From the NCBI GenBank assembly GCA_965112735.1, contig OZ218954.1:3596001-3660000 (forward strand): a stretch of 64,000 nucleotides of DNA, written 5' to 3'. The position numbers were made by a program, and so were the translations under genes. Below are positions 44,251 through 64,000 of the stretch, in pieces; positions within the stretch are counted from its first letter, which is position 1, and every line of letters begins with the position of its first letter. The notes below the pieces were generated by a model that was not told the DNA's origin, searched no databases, and saw only the letters and a program-made list of their open reading frames with translations. The stretch comes from Phaeosaccion multiseriatum. Lineage: Eukaryota; Protista; Ochrophyta, other classes.

Positions 44251-45193
44251 TCTCAACGAGTAAGAGCCCCAGGTGTATGCAGGGCAAGCCAAGGGAAGAG
44301 AGGGCCAGGCAAGCGAGGCAAGCAAGGGAAGCGAAGGGAAGGCAGCACAAGGCGGGGCAATCTCTCACGGGAGTGTGGGACAGAAGGCGAAGGCGTGATG
44401 ATGATGAGGAGGAAGAGGAGGTATGAGGAGTAAGGTTCCCGCAGTCAAGGAGTCATGTCTCCGAGAGGAGGAGGAGGAGGAGGAGGAGGAGAGGTGGAGG
44501 AGGAAGAGGAGGAGGAGGCGTGAAGGCCTGAGGAGGAGGAGGAGGAGGAGGAGGAGGAGGAATAGTAGGAGGAGGAGGCGTGAGAAGAAGTCAGGTTTCC
44601 GAGTGGAGGAAGAGGAGGAGGGGAGAAAGCACGCATGCCATCGTCAAGTGCCCCGCTCTTGGTACTCGACTCGTTGGGAGACTTGATAGGAGAGGAAAGG
44701 AAAGGAGGAAAGAAAGCGAGTGGGACGGGCGGGGGAATGGTCCGAGTCAAAGGTTCAGCACGCGAGTGGAGGAGGGGATGAGTGGAGACCATTCACTTTC
44801 AGTCCATCATGACCGGAGGACGAGGAGGATCAACGAAGCTGAGGCCAAAGATAAAATGAGCTGTACACAACTGTTCCTGTTACTGTTGCTGTTCTTTTTA
44901 CATCAGAGGAGGTCGCTGTCTCAGAGCAGGCACAGAGTAGGACACCTCACACCTTTGTGCCTTACGTATCGGCCCTTACGTAAGGCACATGTACCGGCTC
45001 TTTTGTGCCTACATTCCCCCCGGAGCCTCCTCTTCTCCACCTGACACACAGAGCAAAGCTCTGCTCTCGCCTCCAAGCCTCCTCCTTTTCCTCCGAGAAA
45101 GAGAGGGAGACAGAGGGAAAGAAGCCAGTGAGAGAGAGACAGAAAAGAGACTCCTCCTCCCCCTTTTCCTTCCTTCCCTCCCTCCCTCCTCAT

Positions 45194-47502
45194 CTACTGC
45201 GCACACAGCGCCAGCAGCCTCTGCTCTTCCGCACTGAAGCGGTGCAGCTCACTGGCCAGGGCAGCAGGTGGCAGCGGTAGGGCAAGTCCAAGCAGTCGTG
45301 AGTGTACATCATTGGCACACTGCCCCTTCTCCTCCTCCTCCTCCTCCTCCTCCTCCTCCTCCTCTTCCTCCTCGTCCTCCTTCACCTCCTCCTCCTGCTG
45401 CTGCTGCTGCTCCTGCTGCTGTATCACCAACTCCTGATTCTGATGCTTCGTCTTCTTGCTCTTCGTCTCTGCCTTCCTCTTCGTCTTTCTCTTCTTCTGA
45501 ACCTGCGCTCGCTCCCACTGGCGCTGCTGCTGCCGCTGCTGTATCACCAACTGCTCCAACTCCTCCTGAGCCCGACGCCTCCCCTCCACGACCTCTGGAG
45601 TGGAGCTTCGAAGCCCCAAATGCCTCGCGAGAAGCGCTACTCGCTTCACCGAGGTCGAAGCAAGAGGGGGGGTAGGCCGGTGTCTCCCTCCCCCAGAGCC
45701 ACCGCCACTGATACCACTGCTGTCTCTCTTGCGTCCCTTCTTGTTGCTATTGCTGTCGGCTGAGCTGTTGCCACTGTTGCCGCCGCTTCCTCTGTAAATG
45801 TCGGACCAGGGAGAGAGAGAGAGAGGAAGAGAGAGGAAGACGGAGAGGAAGAAAGAGATGGAGACAGAGAAAAATACACACACAGAGAGAGAGAGGGAGA
45901 GAGAGGTGCCAGTGCAGTGGAGGAGGGACATCACAGTAGAGGGGGAGGAGAGAAGAGGGCAGCGGGTGGACGGAAGGGGGGGAATGGGAGAGGGGGGGGG
46001 TTAGGCCGCAGCAAAAGTAGCCTTCCTCCCTCCCTCCCTCCCTCAGTCCATCCATCCACCCATCCATCCATCCATCCTGACGCTGCGTGACTGCGTGGGG
46101 TAGGAGGGGCAGAGGGAGGAGAGGCGGGAGAGGCGGGAGGAGGAGAAGAAGAGTAGCAGTATAAATAGGAGAGGACGAGTGGGTCAGTGGGACGTCATCG
46201 CTTACGTTAAGGCTAGTTTCCGAGCGGCTTGCTTGGATACTCTGCAGTGATACAAAGAAGGAAGGAAAGAAGGGGGGGGGGGGGCGGAGAGAGGGAGGCG
46301 GGGAGGAAGGGAAGGTGAGAGGCAGAGAGGACCGAAGAAAGGAAGGAAGGAAGGAAGGAAGGAAGGAAGGAAGGAAGGAAGGAAAGGAAGTGTGATGTGA
46401 GACGGCAAGCTAGCCAAAGCAAGTGGTATGGTTCACTTCCTTCGATAGTGAACACAAGATTGTGCAGCGAGGCATGCACACACACCCACGCACACACACA
46501 CACACACACACGTACATACACACACATGCAGCAAAGGACGGCAGACAGAGTCGAGAAAGGAAGTCTTCTATCCACATGCCCCATTGCCTCTCCTCTCCTC
46601 TCCCCTATGCCAGGGGGGTTGTGCGTTTCATGTAACGCCTCACCTTGCAGGCCCACCGCCAGTCTTCGCTGCTCCACCACCCATCAGCTGCCATCCCGCT
46701 CCCCTCCCTCCCTCCGTCTCCACCGGGCTGCTTCCGCTGATGGTGCCGCTGCTGCCACCCGTACTGCTTGCGCCCGGGCTCCTCGCGGCGGCAGAGGTCA
46801 CTCCTCCGCTGCTGCTGCTGCTGCTGCTGCGATGCGAGGGAGAGGGAGAGGGGGAGGACGGAGACGATGGTCCGTCCTCCTCTTCGTTGTGTCGAGAAGG
46901 ACAAGGCAGAGAGGAGGAGGAGGAGGAGGAGGAGGAGAAGACCTTGGATGGTGCCCTCGATACAGGAGCTCCACCGCGACTATTCGTACCGCTGTCCTTC
47001 ATCCCTGCTGCTGTATCACCAATTGGTGCTCCTGCTGCTCCTTTCATGGGACGGCCCCGCACAAGACTCCGTTTCCGCATTCCTCCTCCTCCTCCTCCTC
47101 CTCCTCCTCCTACTCCTACTCCTTTCTTAATTGATCCCATGAGGGCCTTTTGAACGTCGCCGTTGTCCATGAGGCCGCAGTGTGTGGCCATTTCCATGCA
47201 CGTTCGGTCAAAGTCCGCCTTAGGCTGCAGTGGGAGGGGAAAGGGTAGCAGGAGCAAGAGGAGCAAGCGGAGGAGGCGGCGGCGGAGGAGGAGGAGGAGG
47301 AGGAGGTGGTGGTGGTGGTGGTGGTGGTGGTGGTGGTGGTGGAGGAGGAGGATTGTTGGAGGGGGTGGTGGTAATGGTGGTAGTGGTGGTGGTGGTGGTG
47401 GTGGTGGTGGTGGTGGTGGTGGTGGTGGTGGTGGTGGTGGTGGTGAGAGAGTTACGAGTCACCTTGCGCAGGTCCGCAAGAGTCAATCAGGGAGTGGACA
47501 TC

Positions 47503-47561
<59 letters not shown>

Positions 47562-48975
47562 TCTGTACGGTACTGAGCACATGCCGCACGTCCAGTGCCA
47601 TCTTATTGCGCACAGTGGCGAGGTACAGCGCACTTGCAAAGTAGAGCCCTCGATCGTAGATGCGCCCCTGCTTGCGCTGGTCTTCGCTGCTCATCTTGGC
47701 CAGATTGGCTCTCTAATGATCGATTGGTTGGGTGGTTGGTTGGTTGGTTGGGTGGGTGTATGAGTGGGTGGGTGGGTGGGTGGGTGGGTGGGTGGGTGGG
47801 TGGGTGAGTGGGTGGTTGGCACAAGAAGGAAGTCGGTTCGGGCAGGGAGAAGGATTGATGAGCTGATTGCCATGGTGGGTGGAGGGGAGGGGGGAGAGGG
47901 GAGGGGGGAGAGGGGAGAAGGGAGAGGAGAGAGGGAAGAGGGATCGCAGAAGAGCAGAGAGAGAGGAGAGAGTGTAGATGGGAGACGGAAAACGGGTGGG
48001 TCCGGTAGGAGGACCGGAGTTCTCTCGCGAACGAGAGGCGGCAGCTGCGATGTGTGTGAAGAACGCTTTAAAAAAATTTCGGGGAGCCTCGCCTCCTACA
48101 CCTCCTCCTCTTCCTCCGCCTCCTCCTCCTTCGCCCCCTCTCTTTTGTCCTCTCTGACCTTGAATCTCTCGTGCAGCTTCCTCGCCTCGGCGATGCAGTT
48201 ATTGCCTGTGGCCCTAAGCCCGACCGCCAGTTGGTCGATTGTGGGTTCCTTGGTGTGTACCTTTGGTGAGATACGTGTGACCGACGTGATATGCGAAACT
48301 AGTGAGTAAGTGGCTCCTCTCCGCTCTCGCCCCCCCCCTGCCGCCATTAGAGGAGAGACGCCAAACTAAGCGGTCAGCTCTTGTAAGGCCTGAGATCCCA
48401 TCTCATCTCTCCCCCTCCCTCCCCCCTCTCCCTCTCTCTATCCCTCCACTCCCTCTCTCTCCCCTCCCTCACTCCTCTCCCTCTCTCCCTCCACTCCCTA
48501 TCTCTCCCCCTCCCCCCCTCCTCTCTCTCTCTCCCTTCATTCCCTCTCTATCTCTCACACCTGTGTGTGAAGCATTACGTTGGAAACTCTGTTGTACGCG
48601 TCGTTGTAGATCTTCTTAGTCGAGTTGCACGCTTGGATCAAGTCGACACGAGACAGGCCGACATTGTGGTGCCTGCCATTGGGATGGATGGGGGTGTAAG
48701 AGTAAGAATAAGAGGGGTGGATGTGTAAGAAGGGTGCGAGAGGCGGCAGGGAGAAGCAGAGCGGGCAGCAGGCACCTCCCCTTCCCACCCAACACACTAC
48801 ACCGCGCTTACTTTGCAGCAAACTCTAGCGCGATGGGCGCTCGAAGGCTCTCCGCCTTGTGCAAATTCTTAATCTTGAGGTTGATGAGCCGGAGGTTCTC
48901 CTTCGCCTTGCTGCCCACCGCGCTGGTCTTGTGCTCAGGCACGTTCAAACGAGAGAGCAGCGTCTCGACGTCCAT
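45194..48975 (-). CDS. ORC6: Origin recognition complex subunit 6 with long low-complexity C-terminal extension (3' end uncertain)
   Basis: MDVETLLSRLNV...KAKENLRL...RAPIALEFAA; KKIYNDAYNRV; TIDQLAV; LYFASALYLATVRNKMALD; ADFDRTCMEMATHC. These align by eye to the two TFIIB-like helical domains of plant-type ORC6, and the introns I checked are in phase. Confidence 0.75.
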
Positions 48976-49186
48976 GATCCTCTGAACCTGCCCGCTGCTC
49001 CGCCTGCCCCTGCTTCTTGCTGCTTCTCAGTGACCAGTCCAAGAGCCTTTATGGTCACTTAGAGAGGCCTTATTTCGTGCAGTCTTGCTCGAGAGCGATT
49101 TGAAGATCGATTTCAAGAACCTCACAGATTGAAGAACCACCACGGGAAGAAGGGCAACTGCTCAACAATCTCCCCGGTAGCGAGAT

Positions 49187-51377
49187 ATGCGAGTCATGGC
49201 AGCCCCAGTGCACGCAGGGGAGGGATCCTATGCCCATCAACAGCAGGAGGAAAGAGATGCCTCATCGGTGGCAGCGGGGGAGGTGGTGACGGAGACGGCT
49301 GGGCAAACAGATGTGGGTTGTCGTGGAGGGGGTATCGGTGACGAAGAGGAGAACAGCGCTTCAAGCGAAGCCGAGAAGAAGTTCCACAGGAAGCTGGAGG
49401 ATTTCTTTGATGGCTACTGCATGAGTGCGCTGGGGCGGGCGGCGGCCATGCACTGGGTGAGGACGATGGCCGAGGAGAAGGAGTCGGGGCAGCTGGACAG
49501 AGCGAGGGGCTGGCTGCTCAAGCAGCTCAATAGAGGAGCTTCCGTCGGACAGGTCGGTACTGTGAGAACTGTGCTCAACTGCTCGGGAGCTATACATATG
49601 TACGCCACGTCTAGCGCGAAGTACTGAAGCAGAGTTGGGAAGGAAAGGAAAAGAAAAGGCGTCGCCTCCCTCTCTGACCTTCTGGCCTTCGGACCCCATG
49701 TGATGCCTACCGTTCTCTATCCAGAGCGAAGGCCTAGACATTGTGCCTGGCCTCCGCGCCAAACCTTTCTGGAGCTCCGACGACCTGCCGTGGGTGAAGC
49801 AGCTCGAGGCACACGCACCCCAAATTAGACAGGAACTTCTTGCCCTCAGGAAGAAAGGTAGCGAAGCAGCAGGAATAGCAGTAGCAGTTGGTGATACAAC
49901 ACAAGGCGCCGCCGGGGGGGTCGAGGCAGCAGAGACTGCGGAAGATCCCCACGAGAAGGGGGACGAGCATGACAGTAGCAACAATAGCAAGCATGAGAGC
50001 AGGAGTAGCTCTGAGAGAGGAGGGGGACGAGAGGAGGGGGCGAATGAGGAGGAGAAGAAGAATAACAGAAGCTCCGAGGGGAGCTCAGAGGGAGGAGGGG
50101 GAGGAGGAGGAGGAGGAGGAGGAGGAGGAGGAGGCGACGGTGGCTTTCAGCCGTACCGATCGCCAAAATGGGGCAGCGGTCGACCAGCGCACGATGGCGT
50201 AGGCTGCCATAACCACGACAAAGGAGGCCACTGGAGCGTGTACTACCTTCAGCTGCATAATCTAGACTTTGCGGCCAACCGACGAAGGTAGGAGTGCCGT
50301 GATGGTGATGGTAGTATTTAGTACTTCAGGCAGGATACCGATCATGGGATCGATCTTCGATCGTGTCATTGAACGGAACTGAAGTGGGTAGCCGCTGTCT
50401 CTCCTGACTTACTATGATGACTCCCCTCCCTCTGCTGTACTGAATTGAATCAATGCCCCTCCTACGCCTTGCACAGATGCCCTGTGACGACTGGTCTGCT
50501 GGACGGGCTCACAACTGCCGGTCCGAATTACCACCACGCCTTCTTCTCTGCCCTCGCCCCTGGCACGCACATTGTGCCTCATCGGGGGCCCACCAACAAG
50601 AAGCTCCGCGTTCATCTGCCGCTGGTGGTGAGGAAGTTGGTGCTACACAGGGAGGGAGGGAGGGAGGGAGAGAGGGGAGGGGCACATAACCGCTTGGGCA
50701 AGGACACATCCGCACATGCTTTAGATCACCTTAGCTATCCTTCTTCCCCTTCTCCGTGGTGCTTCAGAGCCGTTTGTCTCTTTGAGTATCAATCGTCCCT
50801 CAAGACCCGCGCCCCCTCCACCCGCCCTCGTCCCCATCCACTGCCATCCCAGGTACCCCCTGGAGAAGGCGTCTGCCGGCTCCGTGCCGGGGATGAGACG
50901 GTGCACTTCCAAGAAGGTACTGCCCATTTGCTGCCATCCCCCCTCCCCGCCCTCCAACGAGAGGGGACTGGCATTTCCTCTCACGCCCTCCACTGCCATG
51001 TCCCCTCCTCTCCTCTCCCCATCCACTGCCATCTTCTCCTCTTCAGTAGACGGGAATGGCTGTGTGGTCTTTGACGATCGTTTCAAGCACGAGGCCTGGA
51101 ACGACTGACCCTGCCCTCCACTGCCATCTCCCATTTCCCCCCCTCTCCCCATCCACTGCCATCCTCTCCTCTGTTTTATGTACAGGCAAGGCAGTGGTCT
51201 TTGACGACAGTTTCGAGCACGAGGCCTGGAACGACTCTCCCGACTTTTGCCGCATCACCCTCATCATTGACGTGTGGCATCCCGACCTTACGCCCCCAGA
51301 GGTCGGTGGTCAGATGGCATCAGATGGCAACCTGTTGTCTGCTCAAGGGAGAGGGGTGGTAGTCTATGTATGTGTGC

Positions 51378-51414
<37 letters not shown>

Positions 51415-52033
51415 AGTGTGTGTGTGGACACTACACCACACCATGCATTTCATATGCTCTGTTGTGTGCGCTCTTTCGTCGCGTCTAATCGATCAAACAC
51501 AAAACACGTAGTGCAGTGCCAACACTTTGTAAAGCGACTTTGACTCACGCACCTACGCACTCACACACACGCACGCACGCACACACACGCAGGTCAAGTT
51601 TCTGAGGTTTCTTCTGCACGCGAGCATGCGTGTGGAGAAGAGAGTGGCGGAGGCTGCTGCCGCTGCTGCTGCCTTGCTCCCATCCGAGAGCTCGGCCCAA
51701 GAGGAGGATGCGAAGGAGGAGGAGGAGGAGGAGGAGGAGGAGGAGGAGGAGGAGGAGGAGGGAGGGCAGGCTGCAGCACAAAATGTCGGTATGGAGGGCG
51801 GAGAAGAAGGAGGCAAGCCGGTAACAGCAGCAGCGCCACCACCACCACCACCACCAGTTGGTGATAAAGCAGCAGCGCCGTCAGCGACAGTGAAGTTCTC
51901 CGCATCCTCCTTCTCCTCCTCCTCCTCTGCATCCGCCTCCGACAACTGTGACAACTACGTGAACATCATCACCCAGGCCGCCTCCATCCGACCCCGCCCG
52001 GAGGTCATCTGGAGCATCAGCAATGAGCAATGA
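49187..52033 (+). CDS. Aspartyl/asparaginyl beta-hydroxylase-domain (2OG-Fe(II) oxygenase) protein, multi-exon
   Basis: PGLRAKPFW, WSVYYL, CPVT, AFFSALAPGTHIVPHRGPTNKKLRVHLPLVVP, VVFDDSFEHEAWN, RITLIIDVWHPDL. Confidence 0.9.
51050..51108 (+). pseudogene. Truncated duplicate of the FDDSFEHEAWND exon inside the preceding intron
   Basis: tag|ACGGGAATGGCTGTGTGGTCTTTGACGATCGTTTCAAGCACGAGGCCTGGAACGACTGA versus the real exon from 51186. Confidence 0.75.
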
Positions 52034-52479
52034 CAGCAGCGAAATCGCAGTTGGTGATACAGGAGCAGTAGCACCACCACCACCACCAGTTAGTGATACA
52101 GCTGGAACAGCCGCGCCGGCTGACAAGCGCCTATTGATTTGAAGTACGCGGCATCACTGACTGGATGCATACAGACAATTTACAGTTGTATTAATAACGG
52201 GACCAGCCCCCTCCCTTTCCTTTCTGTTTGAGGTATCGCCCTCCCTCCCTCCCTCCCTCCCTCGCCCCCTCCCCTCCCTCCCTCCCTCGCCCCCTCCCCT
52301 CCCCCCCTCCTTCTATTCGCCCCCCATCCCCCCCTCTCTCTCTCCATCTCCGCGTGTGTGTGCATGTAACTGTCATCAGTGCCAGCTCTCCGTCCCTTCC
52401 TTCCCTGTGCACCTCCCGATGCGGAGTCCCACACCCAAGGGGCCTCAAATAAGGTGCTCTCTCCCCCCCTTCACACCCT

Positions 52480-52930
52480 CTCTCTCACACACAAACTCTC
52501 TCTCTCACTCTCTCTCATACACATACACTCTCTCTCACACATACACACCCTCGCTCACTCTCTCTTTCACACACACTCTCTCTCACACATACGCTCTCTT
52601 TCTCTCTCTCACATACACACTCTCTCACACACACAAACTCTCTCACACACAAAAACTCTCTCTCACACACACATACACTCTCTTTCTCTCACACATACCC
52701 TACTCCCTCACACGCACTCTCTCTCACACACATGCGCACTCTCTCTCACACACATACTCTCTCACACGCACTCTCTCTCTCTTACACACATACCCTACTC
52801 CCTCACACGCACTCTCTCACACACACATACTCTCTCTCACACTCTCTCTCTCTTACACACATACTCTACTCCCTCACACACACTCTCCCTCTCACACGCA
52901 CTCTCTTTCTCTCACACGCACTTTCTCTCT
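52480..52930. repeat. Compound (CA)n/(CT)n low-complexity tract between convergent genes
   Basis: Direct reading. Confidence 0.85.
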
Positions 52931-53069
52931 TTCCCCGTTGACCATGTTGAGCTATTCACAGAAGCGCTCCTGTAAGTCCCTCGCCGGAGTTTCAGTTTCA
53001 GTCTATTGACCTTGATGAATTCATATCGATCGACATCAGAAGAGCTGTCAGCACCTGGTGTCAGGTCAG

Positions 53070-58523
<5,454 letters not shown>

Positions 58524-58924
58524 TCCCTCCTCCTTTAGCTCCTGGTCGAGAAGAGCAACGCAGCGCAGATACCGAGGAACACAAGCACATATATCACTCC
58601 TCTAGCGGCAAAGGAGTTCTGTCCCTCGAGAGGTTGCCTTGTTTGGAGGGGGGGGAGGGGAGTGCGTGTTCCGCCCTTTAACAATCCATCCTATAACGTC
58701 TGAAGTTTAAAGTTTAAAGTTTAAAAAAAATGGAAGGCATGTGCGGCATCGCCACAACCGTACCTGATCAACAGTTCTGGAAGGAAGGCAAGGAGGGACA
58801 CTCACCACCGAGGAGGGACTCGCATATTTTGTGAATTGTACTATTTTTACGGGCTTGGCTGTCACTAATCTTACCGTAATTAACAGACGATGAAAGCGGC
58901 GACGCAGCGAAGACCGACCAAACA

Positions 58925-59182
58925 TCGGCTCCAGGCGAGGTTTCTCGGGCCCCCGATAAAGCAGAAGCCCGCGGCGGCCTGCGGCCGAAAGTAAGAAGCC
59001 TGCGGCTGGCCTGCGGCCAGAAGCCTGCAGAAAGTAGCGAAAAGCCTGCCAAGTCCCCCATTTTTCTCCCAGCCTGGCTGAGAAGCCTGAAGCCTGACCA
59101 CTGGCCTGCGGCCAGAAGCCCGAAGCCTGGAGGGGGCTACGGCCCAGAAGCCTAAAGCCCGAGAAACCTCGCCTGGAGCCGA
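58925..59182. mobile_element. MITE, 258 bp, perfect 26-bp TIRs, 6-bp TSD CAAACA
   Basis: TCGGCTCCAGGCGAGGTTTCTCGGGC...GCCCGAGAAACCTCGCCTGGAGCCGA; caaaca at 58919-58924 and 59183-59188; empty site in the other arm (~63370). Confidence 0.9.
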
Positions 59183-59337
59183 CAAACAAGCACAAGCAAA
59201 CCAAGCTTGCACGCCAGCCTTGTTCCCCGCACCTCCCCACTCCCCACCGAAGAGCGAGGGCATGCCTCAGCACGTTAAGGACGGCACCTGAAGATCGACA
59301 GGTGAGGTCCGGTCCGTCCGCCGCGCGCTCTAATGTT

Positions 59338-60725
<1,388 letters not shown>

Positions 60726-61054
60726 GGTGGAACTGTGGAACTCTGTTTTTGCGTTCCCCGCGATTCCCCTTTCTTCTGTAACGTCCCCTCTGACTTACTG
60801 CAACTTGCCCGGTTTCTTCTTTGATGTAGTGACGGCTCTCTGAGCGAGTTAAGCAGGAACAGGAGGAGGACACACACGCACGCTGGGTGGATGGAGAAAT
60901 GGAGAAGGGCTGGATGGTTTGATCGATTTGAGCAGGCGTCTGAAAATTTCGGAAAAATTTCTGTTCGCGCGGATGCTTTTTACTCTCCGCTTTAAATAGC
61001 CTCTGAAAGCCTCTGTCTTTCATCCCGACGGCGATACACAGCCGTTAGCCCATT

Positions 61055-61125
61055 TCATCCGTAGTATACCGGTATTATATTCGATTGCCATTCGAATGAA
61101 GAGAGTTCGACTCCCTCCGGATGAA
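61055..61125 (+). tRNA. tRNA-Gly(GCC), atypical
   Basis: Acceptor TCATCCG/CGGATGA+A, anticodon arm TTCGA-TTGCCAT-TCGAA, GTTCGAC T-loop, TAGTATACCGG A-box, followed by an oligo-T terminator. Confidence 0.8.
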
Positions 61126-61413
61126 GTTTTTTTGTTTTTTGTTCTTCTGCCCCCGCATGCTGTAACAGCGCTAAATCTGGCCGGTGTGGGCTTCTTTTTT
61201 GTTTGATACGCTTAACGCACTGCCCTTCTACACCTCCCTTTTGTGTCGTTACATACAAAAAGCGAATAAGTGATCCCCTGTTAGGCCGGGCAATTTTCCC
61301 AAAAAGGTATAGGCCGCTATGGGGCTGAAAGCCCATACCGACCAGATTTAGCACTTTACAGCATGTGGCCTTTATTATTCGTATTTTGGTTAAGACAAAA
61401 AAAAACAAAAGAA

Positions 61414-61484
61414 TTCATCCGGAGGGAGTCGAACTCTCTTCATTCGAATGGCAATCGAATATAATACCGGTATACTACGGATGA
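61414..61484 (-). tRNA. tRNA-Gly(GCC), identical second copy, convergent
   Basis: Exact reverse complement of 61055-61125, followed by a T-run on the minus strand. Confidence 0.8.
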
Positions 61485-61865
61485 AAGGGGTTAATGGCTG
61501 TCTATCGCCATCGGGATGAAAGACAGAGGCTTTCAGAGGCTATTTAAAGCGGAGAGTAAAAAGCATCCGCGCGAACAGAAATTTTTCCGAAATTTTAGAA
61601 ATTTTCAGACGCCTACTCAAATCGATCAAACCATCCAGCCATTTCTCCATTTCTCCATCCACCCAGCGTGCGTGTGTGTCCTTCTCCATTGTTGCTGCTG
61701 AAATCGCTCAGCCGCACCTTTACCTCAGCCATGCTCTTATGCGGCACTACATAAAGAAAGGGAAGGAAGGAAAGGAAAGTGGCAAGTTGCAGTAAGTCAG
61801 AGGGGACGTTACAGAAGAAAGGGGAATCGCGGCGAACGCAAAAAACAGAGTTCCACAGTTCCACC

Positions 61866-63224
<1,359 letters not shown>

Positions 63225-63422
63225 AACATTAGAGCGCGTGGCGGACGGACCGGACTTCACCTGTCGATCTTCTGGTGCCATCCGTAACGGGCTGAGTCAT
63301 GCCCTCGCTCTTCGGTGGGGAGTGGGGAGGTTCGGGGAACAAGGCCGGCGTGCAAGCTTGGTTTGCTTGTGCTTGTTTGGTCGGTCTTCGCTGCGTCGCC
63401 GCTTTCATCGTCTGTTAATTAC

Positions 63423-63548
63423 TGGATCGACCCCTGATGCGCTATCCGCTATCGCCGGCGCCAGCCGATCCGCTATCCGCTATCGGCCAGCGGCCGATAG
63501 CGCGCTATCGAGAATGTGGGCGATAGTGCGTCAGGGTTGAAATTGAAC
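63423..63548. mobile_element. Small degenerate MITE-like insertion with GCTATC subrepeats
   Basis: Absent from the left arm; imperfect inverted ends tcgacccctgatgcgctatc / gatagtgcgtcagggttga; flanked by ttac...ttac. Confidence 0.55.
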
Positions 63549-63692
63549 TTACAGTAAGATTAGTGATAGGGGGGGGAGAAAAGAAAGAGAGCTTGAAGAA
63601 ATAGGAGGAGATGAGCGAAGAGGTAGGAGGGACATAGAAAGAAGCGATTCGATGCGTCCGGGCAGCGGTAGCCGCAGGGGCAGCAAGAGAGA

Positions 63693-63812
63693 GTGTATCG
63701 CCATCGGGATGAAGAGAGAGTGTTTTCAGAGGCTATTTTTAGTGTATCGCCATCGGGATGAAGAGAGAGTGTTTTCAGAGGCTATTTTTAAACCGGAAAG
63801 CAAAAGCATCTC
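63693..63812 (+). promoter_or_regulatory. Tandem re-use of the sequence lying between the tRNA and LITAF genes
   Basis: tatcgccatcgggatgaa...ttcagaggctattt occurs twice and matches 61503-61566. Confidence 0.45.
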
Positions 63813-64000
63813 CCCAAACCCCAGCCAGAGCGAACAGAGCCTGCAGTGAGTATTGTACACCATTTCTCTTCCTTCCCCTTCCTGCGCACATCTGCATAAC
63901 TGTGATTCCACTCTCTCCCGTCGCTCCCAGCTATGCGATACTTGCCCGTAGTAGTTTGAGGTTGGGCCGTGTTGGGCATAGCTGTTGTAATCCTCGCTTC

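Noticed and set aside
43700-45190. Possible gene between ABM and ORC6
   Set aside because: Only SSR-derived short ORFs; no coherent exon chain found.
51106-51108. TGA as selenocysteine/readthrough in the hydroxylase
   Set aside because: It lies in a truncated duplicate exon; the intact exon follows and has TCT at that position.
61055-61408. 117-aa minus-strand ORF at the palindrome centre
   Set aside because: Overlaps a tRNA gene and AT-rich spacer; no recognisable protein features.

Overview
Gene-dense, intron-rich and extremely microsatellite-rich eukaryotic DNA. It is probably a stramenopile/ochrophyte-type protist (inference from tubulin signatures). Most ORFs in the six-frame track are simple-repeat artefacts. 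Genes reconstructed by hand across spliceosomal introns: 3' end of an ankyrin-BTB paralogue; a large secreted modular protein (Cys-rich repeats, TAAPT mucin stalk, YfaP/DUF2135-like domain, permuted papain-like C-terminus); ankyrin-BTB; RFC5; SPX protein; a low-complexity membrane protein; a divergent 15-exon beta-tubulin; a RING E3; an ABM-family protein; ORC6; an Asp/Asn beta-hydroxylase-domain protein; BUB1; and two LITAF-domain genes. The LITAF genes form a ~4.7 kb palindrome with two identical, atypical tRNA-Gly(GCC) genes at its centre, and one arm carries a MITE with a 6-bp TSD. The most unusual signal is a pair of short motifs (AGTTGGTGATACA and CCATCCACTGCCATC). Both are strongly over-represented on both strands, in exons, introns and intergenic DNA alike, which is reminiscent of bacterial DUS/Chi/HIP1-type motif drive.
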